A DNA stretch of 64,000 nt. Origin: Lepidodermella squamata (lineage: Eukaryota > Animalia > Gastrotricha). The DNA lies in assembly GCA_047495785.1 (NCBI GenBank), contig JBLDXI010000003.1:1736001-1800000 (forward strand), in the 5' to 3' direction. Positions 54,643 through 64,000 of the stretch are shown piece by piece. The notes under the pieces are model-generated. The model was not told the origin of the DNA and made no database searches. It saw only the letters and a list, made by a program, of their open reading frames with translations. The position numbers and the translations under genes are program-made. Numbering within the stretch: position 1 is the first letter of the stretch; the number at the start of each line of letters is the position of its first letter.

Positions 54643-55350
54643 CAGCTGTTAGTGCTGATGATGGACAATGTGCCAAGGAGGGTAATCATTGTGAAGCTAC
54701 CTTCTTCAATCAAATTCCATGTTGCGATGAGTTGTAAGTAGCCTATTTTTAGCAGCATTACAACTATTTTTGATCTGTTTTCAAGGATATGCAATGGACG
54801 CCAGACGCGAACTGGAGTCGTCGGAACTTGCAAGAAGAGTGGCCAAGCCCTCACTAGGCCAGACACATGCAAACCTGAGTCAGGCACCTGTATCAACTAC
54901 GGCCAGGATGGAGAGTGCTGCGAAGGACTGTGAGTATATCTATCCTCTAAATCCTGCTTTCACTCTTTTACTCTTTTCTATATTGTGATATAGGGCATGC
55001 TATCCGAAACCCGGAAGCCGTGTTGGCTGGTGCCGTCCTTAGGATGGTCTATGCCCACTGGTCCCTTCTGCGTCTCTGTTGGTGACTGTTGCGAGGGAAT
55101 ATAACTGACATCGCATTATAACACACTTTATTTCGCATTCAAGTCTCCTCGAGATAAGGAAGAATTAAGATGGTGAATGAATAAATAATCTGTTATTCTA
55201 TCTACTTGAGCTTTCTCTTGTGTTGACTTGATTCTAAACAGTTTTGATCGTAGAAGCTTTCATGGAAATGATTGAAAGCTTGGATATCATGGAATATTCA
55301 TGGAATATCACTCTTAGAATTGTAATATCATCGAAAAAATGTTCGATTTC

Positions 55351-55585
55351 GGCTCAGTAGCTTGCAGGGTGGCCAAAAAGCAAAACGACGCAGAAGGCGA
55401 ATTCGATGCGCACCATTTTATTGATGAGTTTCAAGTGATTGAGGAGTTTCGTCAAAAGAATGCTTGAAATTCCTCAACTTCTTAAAACTCCTCATTGATG
55501 CGCATCATATTCGCCGTCTACGGCTATTTTTGGCAACCCAGCAGTGGTATAGAGCGTCTGTCTTGTCGAAGGTCACGGGTTAGAT
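55351..55585 (+). pseudogene. tRNA-Thr pseudogene split by a short TIR element (55365-55541)
   Basis: GGCTCAGTAGCTT[..CAGGGTGGCCAAAAA...TTTTTGGCAACCCAG..]AGTGGTA..GAGCGTCTGTCT. Confidence 0.75.
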
Positions 55586-55716
55586 TGCTATGAAGTCGAT
55601 TGATAAAGAACCTCGAAATCATCACACAGAAAACTTACAATAAGCACAGATTGCAAGAGGGTCCAAGGTCCAAATGTTTGCACCACTTAAATTGAGGTTC
55701 CAGCGCTAAATTTATC

Positions 55717-55924
55717 CATAGCGCAGCCACTTTTTACCGTAGCCGAGAAAATCGCACAATAGAGCAAACGAATTGCCTGCACAAAAGGACAAACTTTTCG
55801 GGCCAATATTTTTTATTTCCAAAATGAAAAATATTCGCCGAAAAATCTGTTCGCGTTTCCTTATTCAAATTAAGGGCTCTATTGTGAGATATTCTCGGCC
55901 TCGGTAAAAAGTGGCTGCGCTATG
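55717..55924. mobile_element. MITE (~208 bp) with 2-bp TC target duplication
   Basis: 23-bp perfect TIR CATAGCGCAGCCACTTTTTACCG, imperfect to ~50 bp. Confidence 0.8.
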
Positions 55925-56582
55925 TCTGATTTTTTGTGATTTCGGATTTTGTTTTCTTCAATATTATTGATGCCTGCATGACCCTGGAATGTTTACACTA
56001 GCTATTTACCTAGTATCATCAGTTTCGAGACTGATGATATCGGAAAAATCACTCATTTGTAGAATCGATACTTGGAATCGATATCGATTTTCTAGGCTGA
56101 CGTCGTAAACTGATCGCCAATAGCGCAAAATATGCGTAATAGAAAGATCCATTTTGGTACGGCACGATGTTATAAATTTAAACTCATGCCATGAACCCTA
56201 GATTCAGGTTGCGCACTTGGCACACCAGGTTTGTGCCCATTTTCTGAAGTTTATCAGCAAAAACTCAAAAAAATCGAAAAAAATCGGCCGTTATAACAGA
56301 CCGTTATAACAGCAAATACCCAAAACATCAAACGCGACATAACAGCAGAAACGCGATGCATCTTTTACGTTTTACGTAGTAAAATCTTCGCTGTTTTGTC
56401 GCATTTGCTGTTCTGCGCAGTTGCTGTTTTGTCGGCGTACCAAATCAATCATTAAATTTGCCAAATCAGATTTATTGTTGTTATGCAAATTGTGTCACAA
56501 CATGAGTAATAAAACAAAAATTGAAATCAAGTTCGTAGAATATTGATGTTTGTTAAAAATGTCCTTTGCCGCAGCGGAATTT

Positions 56583-59500
56583 TTATTGACTTGAACGCTT
56601 CTTCTTCGCAGCCGACTCGAGAATTTCCAAAACAATCGCCTCATCGCTCTCCGAAGTCTGGCGACTCGCTTCTTCAGCCGCGAAAAGCGCCGAACGGTGC
56701 CCGGTCGCTTGATGCAGCACGTCCGCGCCGAAATCCAACAGGGTTCGCACCATTTCAGCCTTCAAAGCCGTCGCAGCCTTGATCAGGGCGGTTTCGTAGG
56801 TTTTGCGCTCGACAGCGTTGATGCGAGCGCCGTGTTGAACGAGAAGCCGAACGGCTTGGACGTTGTTTTGCTCGACGGCGAACATGAGCGGGTTCTTGCC
56901 GTCGCGTTTAGTCTCCGCGTTCGGGTCGGCTTTGTGTTCGAGGAGCAGGCGAACGATTGGGGCGGAGTCGGAGGAGGAATTTGCGGCGATCATCAGTGCG
57001 GTCACGTGACGGTGGTCGCGAGCGTTCGGATCAGCGCCGTTTTTGAGCAACAGCTCGATCAACTCGGCATCAGAGCCTAAATTTACATTTGTTTTGAAAT
57101 TAATTCTTGAGTAAAAAAAATTGAAATTAAAATTCAATAATTCAATGATTAAATTAATTAAAAATAGGTAAAATTGCTTGGTAAAAGTTAAAGAAATTGA
57201 AAATTGAAATTTTTTTAAATACATTTTAAAATATTTAAAGTAGTTTCAAAATTCTAAATTATATTGAAAATTGAAAACTGGGATTTGGTAACTCAAGGTA
57301 AAAATCAATCGACAAATTCAATAATCGATATCGATTGATAAAAAATCAATCGAAATGATCAATAGCCCTGAATTCCATCCGAATCATTGAGATTTGGGTG
57401 ATTATCGAATAATTTAAAAAAATTTGTTCTCCTATCTTGGAAATCAAATTTCCAACCTCGAAGTATTTCAAATTTATTCTTACCTCGAGCAGCATACATG
57501 AGAGCCGTTTCATTCTCCTTGCTACGCGCATCGACATTCACGCCGTGCTCGACCAGCATCTTAACCAAATCAACACGACCACTCCACGCCGCCAGCATCA
57601 GCGCCGTATCACCATCGTGCTTCTCAGCCGCCTCCAACTCAACACCCTTAGCCGCTAAGAGCAACGGCAAAATCTCAGCCCCACAATCGGCGCGGCGACC
57701 GCTCTCAGAGCAATCAGCAGCTTCGATTAGCGCAGTTCGGCCCGATTTCGTCCTAGCCTTGACATCGGCACCGCGACGTAGGAACAAAGCAGCGGTTTGC
57801 TCTTCGTTATGCTTGACTGCACGGATGAGCGGTGTCTCACCCTCGCCGCGGGTTTTAGCCTCCAGATCGGCATTTTCGTCCAGAAGGAGTTGAGCAGCGT
57901 CGTAACGGCCGTATTTCGCGGCGATGTGGAGGGCGGTTTTGCCGGATTTTGAGACGGCATCAACGTCGAGCGATTTCAGGCTGAGAATGTAGCGGAGGGC
58001 GGCAAGGTTGTTTGCGCGAACGGCGAGCATCACGGCGTTGTAGCCTTTGTGGTTGACCTTGGTCACATCGGCCTTGCTTTCGACGAGCAACTTGACCTGA
58101 AATAAAAAGTGTTGAAATTTACAAATTTTGTGAAATCAAAGTTTTTATTACCAAGTATAAGTCATTTTTATTTTTATTAATATTTGTTCAAATATTTTTA
58201 TTACCAAATTCGGCATGAATATTAATAGATTATTTAATTATTAATAACCCATAAATTAATTACAATTTGCTATAATAAAAATTTCGAAAATAATGTTTAA
58301 TGATAGGGCTAATAAAATTTTCGGTTGTACGACTTTTCAGCAGTGACATTTGAGCAAATGAGGGTCAAATCATCAGTGACTTTTCATCAGTGACAAATGA
58401 GCAGTGACATTTGAGCTGCGACATTTGCGCAGTGACAAAGCATCAGTGACAAGTCAGCAGTGATTTTTGTTAATTTTTCCTATATTTTTTCAAATTTATT
58501 ATTTTTATCTCAATGACATTTGCGCAGTGACATTTCAGCGGAGACATTTCATCAGGAGAATTTCAGCCACGCTAAGCAGGGGGACTATGCGCTACATTGA
58601 AGTTGAGCTCAAAAAGTGCAAGGTCAATGCCCAAGATTAATAAATAAAAATTGATGAAATGTCACTTGCTCATTTGTCACTGATGAAAAGTCACTGCTCA
58701 ATAGTCACTGATATTTTGTCGCTGCTGAAATGTCACTGCTCACTTGTCTACATGAATCATTTAAATTAATACAAAAATTTGATTTTTACGGATTTTTTAC
58801 TGACAAGGTGTCACTGATGAAAAGTCACTGCTGATTTGACCCTCATTTGCTCAAATGTCACTGCTGAAAAGTCTGACCACGAAAATTTTCAAATTTTTAG
58901 CCCGAATTTTCCACCTCACGATGACGTTGAATATGCAAATGAGCTTTCTACACAATTAACCCTATTTGTCGCCCAAAACGAGCCAAACACATCAATATCA
59001 AAAATCAGGAAAAATAATTTCGAAAATTCTAAAAAATGTCCAGAGCGCTAGGTTGAAATTTCAGATTTTTTTAGCATAGCAGATCATGAAACTTCGAAAA
59101 ATACAGCACTGTCTAAAATTAGTGATTCTCGCCATGAAATAGGAAAAAAATATATTTTCGATAATTCGATGATTCCATATTTTTCAAGAAAAAGAATGTT
59201 TTTGAAAAACCAAAATCTCTGGGTTAAAACTTCCATCAAATTAGAGCTCAATTCTTAATTCTTTAAATTATTCCAAGTAAAAAATCCGGAATTTCAAAAT
59301 TTCAAAATTTTTATAATTTAAATTGATTTTCAGGAAATATTTTTTATGATGCCATGATCAAGATTTTTTTGTCTTTTGTCTTCTCTACATTCATCAGTTG
59401 CGGATTTCTATCTGGAATTTTTGATAAAATTAGGAAAAAAATTAGGAAAACAAAAATAATTTAGTTAGAACTATCAAAAATGCATATTTTCGAGCTTACC

Positions 59501-61789
59501 TGTTCGACTCGGCAGTTTTCGATGATCGAAGCCAGCAGGGGCGTGACTCCCTTCTCAGCAGCTTGATCAACCGCGACATGATAATCTGGCCTCAGCATTT
59601 CCTGAACAACCTCAAAACGGCATTTTTCAGCCGCATGGAACAGCGCCGACTTGTCATCATCATCAGCCACGTTAACATCAGACTTATGAGCCAGCAACAG
59701 CCTAACCATATCCAACTGATTCTCAACCGCAATTTCATCTTCATCCTCAATCGAACAGGCTGCAATAAGCGCAATTCGGCCGTCCTTATTGACCTGATTG
59801 ATCAGCTGTTCCGCATGGCTGGTTTCGAGCAGAACGCGCGCCGCCTCCACTCGAGCGTAACGAGCCGCGCGCATTAAGGCGGACTTGCCCTGGCGAGACT
59901 GAATCGTTGCATCGGCACCGTGTTCCAGCAACGCCCGAACCACCTTAACATCGCCGAGCTTCATCGCGTGAATCAACGCGCTGTAGCCCTCCTGGTCGAC
60001 CTGGTCGACCGTAGCGCGGTTTTCCAGCAGGATCTTCACGATTTCCGGGTGGCCCTTCGAAGCAGCGTAATGCAGAGCGGTTTTTCCCTTCTCGTAGTTG
60101 ACAGCGTTCGGGTCGACCTTGGCGGTTTCCAGTAGGAATTGGACGATTTCAGGGTGGTTGCGATCAGCGGCCCGCATCAAGGGGGTGTAGCCTTTATGGT
60201 CAAATGAGCGCGTCAAATTTGCGTTGATTTTACGCTCGGTGATCAGGTAGTTGACCCACTCGATGTTGCCGTTGTTCGCAGCGGCGATGAGAGCTTCGTG
60301 GTCGTACTCGTCGTTTTCGTGGCTTTGCGATAGCAGGTACTTGAGGTGATCGACGCTGAAATCGGCGTAAGCGAAGGTCGACTCGGTGATCTGAAAAATC
60401 AGGAATTTGTTAAAAATTTTCAAAACAGCTTTTTGGCAGTTCCTGCAGTCATTTGAAATTTTGGATTATTTTATGGGAATTTGAGAGACGTTTTTGAAAT
60501 TAAGCCCACTGGGAGAATCTTTCTTCCATCCTTTTATTCACGATTTTACTGAAGAAATAAAAATGTTACCGGAGAAAATCCGGAAAACCCCGATGGTAAC
60601 TGGTTCGGTAATTTTCGGTTTTTACCTGGTTGGATCAAATTTCTTCGGATTTTTTAATGCCATTTTCCACTAGACATTCTTTGTTACAATTCTTACGGCA
60701 TTTTAGATTTTTTTTCAAATTTTTTATGCCAAGAGACATGACTTCCCCGCTCATCTTAAAGTTTCTGATCCCTTTTCGCTTGCGTTAATTCCAAGTAATT
60801 GCTACTGAGATGATAATTGGCTAACCCTTAGACATTTATTACTGGCGTGGGAAAATTCTTTTGAGCGCGAGCCTGAAAATTTCGAAAAAATTGAAAAATA
60901 TCAACAAAAACCTCTACTTCAAAATGTAAAAGATGTACTGTAGAATTTTTGAAATTTGATTTTTAGCAATTTTTGGCTGCATTTCTGAAACTGAATAAAA
61001 TTGTATTTTAAAATTGTATAAATTCTGAATTTTCAAAAAGCTATCGCGCAGTGCCAATATCGATTTCTGGCATCGATTTCACAAATCAGTGATTTTTTGA
61101 TATTGGCAATCTTGGAAGACGAAAGGCGAAACTTTTCTTAGTACGTAACGGAGGGTTCCAACTTAAAATACCAGTACATAGGTTGCATCATTTCCAATTA
61201 AAGAAATGAAAATAATATGAACATTTTATATAAATTTGAGAGGAATCGGTGCTGGCGCCTTAATTTTTTATTGCAATATTCAGTTGCAAATATTCAGAAT
61301 CCTTAAATCTGGAACCAGAACAATTTTCGAAATTCGAGGACAATTTTCTCACTAATTATTTAAAAAAATATATTTTTCCAACCTGTTTGCAAGAGCCGGT
61401 AGACCAGTGGCCTTTTTCGAGGCACGTGATCGACGACAAGGCGGGTTCGTTCTCGCCGCGCTTATGCGTCTTGAAGTAGTAGCCCTTATCGCACGTGACC
61501 GCCCGGGTCGAGCCGAAAATTGACTCGCCAGGCGCTACGTGGCCATGCTCGATTTCGATTTGGTCCGGGCACGGCTTTGACGTAGTTGAAGTCGATGGCT
61601 TTGCAGTTGTCGAATCTGTGGTCGATTCTTATAATAGAATTTAACAAAATTTCAATTAATTTACAATATTAAAGGAAATTATTTACCCGAGGTAGAAAGC
61701 GTCAGATTATGGTCATCGTCGGCCTTTTGCGAATCGATGCTAGCAACAAGGTGGAAAGTGAGAAACAAACAAGCTAAAATTGTCTTCAT
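56583..61789 (-). CDS. Signal peptide + Ser/Thr linker + Sushi/CCP + long ankyrin array (exons 61789-61687, 61627-61383, 60390-59500, 58096-57484, 57076-56583; ~781 aa)
   Basis: MKTILACLFLTFHLVAS; CPDQIEIEHG...VTCDKGY...ITCLEKGHWSTGSC; many G.T[AP]L..AA..G...IV..LL repeats; all splice phases compatible. Confidence 0.8.
58323..58881. mobile_element. Foldback-like element with TIRs built from ~15-bp CAGTGAC subrepeats
   Basis: GACTTTTCAGCAGTGACATTTGAGCAAATGAGGGTCAAATCA and its inverted copy; flanked by AAAATTTTC. Confidence 0.8.
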
Positions 61790-62409
61790 TGTTGTAGTAA
61801 TCATTTGAAAGTAGTGAAAAATATGAACTAAAATTATCTTTATTTTTCGCTTTTATAAGGAAATTCCGGCACGCGATTCAAAAATTTTGTCGGGTTCTAG
61901 GAAATTATGGTGCCATTTTTAGTCACGAGTCGAGTAAACACGCGACTACCAATCGACGCCATCCTCACAGATGACTCATCCCGGGCAAGTTTCGGAGTTC
62001 AGGATGCGACCTAGATAACATAACTCGGATCAACCTGTTAAGGGGCACAAAAAGGGGCTCCCCAAAGGTTGAGCGCAGATTCAGACATCGGAAGATGGCT
62101 TTTGGGCATTGAATTCAACCTTGAAAATTCAGATTTTATTATTTTGATTTATAATTTAATTTCAGAAATTCAACCAATAATATTTTTGTATTTCAAATTT
62201 TACATCCATTTAAGCTCATTAATGTAATTGCTTTAAAGTTGTGATCTATTCGACTAAATATTTCGGTTGAGCTCATCATTTAAAAATTAAAAAAAAATTT
62301 AAAATTTTTAAAATTTCAATATTATTTTTTGACTTTTTTTATTTCAGGCAAACTCAAAGGAGAACTTTTACGAGGCTATTAAATGAGGAAACGAAAATCC
62401 CTCACATGT

Positions 62410-63716
62410 TTATTTCAAAGTTGCAACTCTCAATTTATTCCAAGAGTGAGGGCAAGCTTCTAGTTCTTTCAACCGCAGCATATGCGCCTCGAAAGTTCCA
62501 TTCCGTTGAGAGAAATCTTGCCATTCAAATTGGAACTGATATTCATTAATACTAGTAAACCTATTGTAACGTGAGCAAAACTCAGGCTGCTCCTCAGCCT
62601 GCGTTAAGGAGTAGCAGTATCCTTTTCGCAATACAGTTAGATATTCATCCTTCTTTGAGTTTCCTCGATAGTACGTCCAGTGAAATGCAACACTCGGCCG
62701 TTGGAGATTCATCATTTCCGGTGGAATGCCAGCTTCTTGCAAAGAGGCGACCTGCCCAGGTGGCACCGGGCCTGTCCATCCCAGTTCCGTTTCGCCAATC
62801 ACCCAGAAGTACTCGTCACGATAAAATGTCCACAGAACGGTGCATATCATGCCATACTCGGATAATTTTTCCACGCCAACAAAAGCTGCGTCGAAATACG
62901 CTTTTCCAGTTGCTTTCATGATTGTCTCTCGAACAGTGGGCAAATGCTTTGTTTTGATCACGACCGGAAAGTAGGACATGCAGTTGAAAATTTCTGCAAA
63001 TACATTACTACAACATTCTGCATGACAGACTAAAATTTACCTTTCATCCCAAGCAATTTTTGATTTTGAGCCGGAACTATCTGCCATCCGCTCCATATTG
63101 GCGATGGCTTGCCGTACTTCGGCCTTACAACCGGCTTTCCATCAACAAACAGGTCACGCTGAGTGATTCGTGCCGTGAAAACCGTGTCCGTGTCTATGAA
63201 GCCTACAAATTCCGCTTTCGTAAAATTATCGGCCCACAGCTTCATCCACTGAGCCCTGACCCAGCCATCGGAAGGGAAAGCCTTTTCGTCTAACATCTTC
63301 CTTATGGTCACGTTTTCGGGGCGAAGCTGCCGCGTTAGATTTGCGAGGTCGTCAAGAAACGCCGTAGCCTTGGGGTCTTCCCAATCCCCGACTATGACCA
63401 GATTCAGAGGTTGGGACATCGGCCAGAAGAGGGTAAGCGAGGGTAGGAGTAATTCCTTGTTCTCCTTCTTAGATCTGGCATCTGTTGGCGTTGACAGGTA
63501 CAACTCGAGATTGCTCGCCCATAGTTGAGTTTCGTCGCAGAGAGCGGTTGAACCTGTAGAACTACGAGCGATCCTTGAATTAGAAGATTGCACTGGATAG
63601 GTCTGGGCAGCTTGCTCATTAACCAAGTCTCTTCCATAGTATAAGTAGCAGATCAGTAGGAGAATTGAAGCTGAAATTCCCAATATTTCCCGAAGATTTG
63701 AGCTGCGAAGATACAT
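62410..63716 (-). CDS. Type II membrane DxD glycosyltransferase-like protein, inverted paralogue of 28971-30256 (intron 63040-62994)
   Basis: Same motifs (AQWMKLWAD, FIDTDTVF, DLFVDGKP) and same intron position. Confidence 0.7.
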
Positions 63717-64000
63717 CAAATTTCGGTCCAAATTTAGCAAAGCCCGTAACAATTATTCCTATTCAGAAATAGTTTTCGATTCAATCATGAAATCAAATAA
63801 TTGTGGCACGTGTCGCTATCGAACGTGAAACCAGACTAAAAACAATGAATGATAGAAAAAGTAATGACTCGGGCGCGCGATATGCAAAATACGGCAAATG
63901 AACGTAGTTTAAAACCGCATTTAGTTGCTCTTTGTTTTCATTGGAGAAATGAGAGCCGCCACCGACACAGGGTCCGATTAAACCATTAACCTCGTACGAT

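Larger units (their letters stand above)
51730..55042 (+). pseudogene. Secreted double inhibitor-cystine-knot peptide gene disrupted by a MULE (51730-51780, 54651-54733, 54786-54929, 54994-55042)
   Basis: Reconstructed: MARFLCFAALAVFIAAV|SADDGQCAKEGNHCEATFFNQIPCCDELICNGRQTRTGVVGTCKKSGQALTRPDTCKPESGTCINYGQDGECCEGLACYPKPGSRVGWCRP*. TATAAAA at ~51657, AATAAA at ~55180. Confidence 0.85.

Noticed and set aside
56014-56039. Hairpin TATCATCAGT-TTCGAG-ACTGATGATA containing CTGATGA
   Set aside because: The box is sequestered in the stem and no hammerhead or snoRNA context is evident
58330-58875. CAGTGAC repeats as a CRISPR array, or CTGATGA as a hammerhead core
   Set aside because: No unique spacers; the repeats are inverted TIR subunits; no stem II or GAAA geometry

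Overview
This is eukaryotic (invertebrate metazoan) genomic DNA with many ~50-nt GT-AG introns; the taxon cannot be identified from the sequence alone. Left half: two divergent, intronless, secreted GH114 glycoside hydrolases, then a tandem segmental duplication carrying tRNA-Thr/Gly/Gln genes and a full-length MRP1/ABCC-type transporter. The transporter introns have taken up different transposons (MITEs, a Sola2-like fragment, a Helitron-like end, a hammerhead-bearing insert). Right half: a dense set of secreted or sensory genes, several missed or split by the ORF track. These are a strongly cationic secreted protein, two inverted DxD glycosyltransferase-like genes, an intronless divergent class C GPCR, an astacin-EGF-CUB protein lacking all catalytic residues, two tandem Cys-loop channels fused to two N-terminal LamG/ConA-like domains (variable head, near-identical channel), a double inhibitor-cystine-knot peptide gene split by an intact MULE transposon, and a signal peptide-Sushi-ankyrin protein. 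All gene models were spliced and translated by hand.
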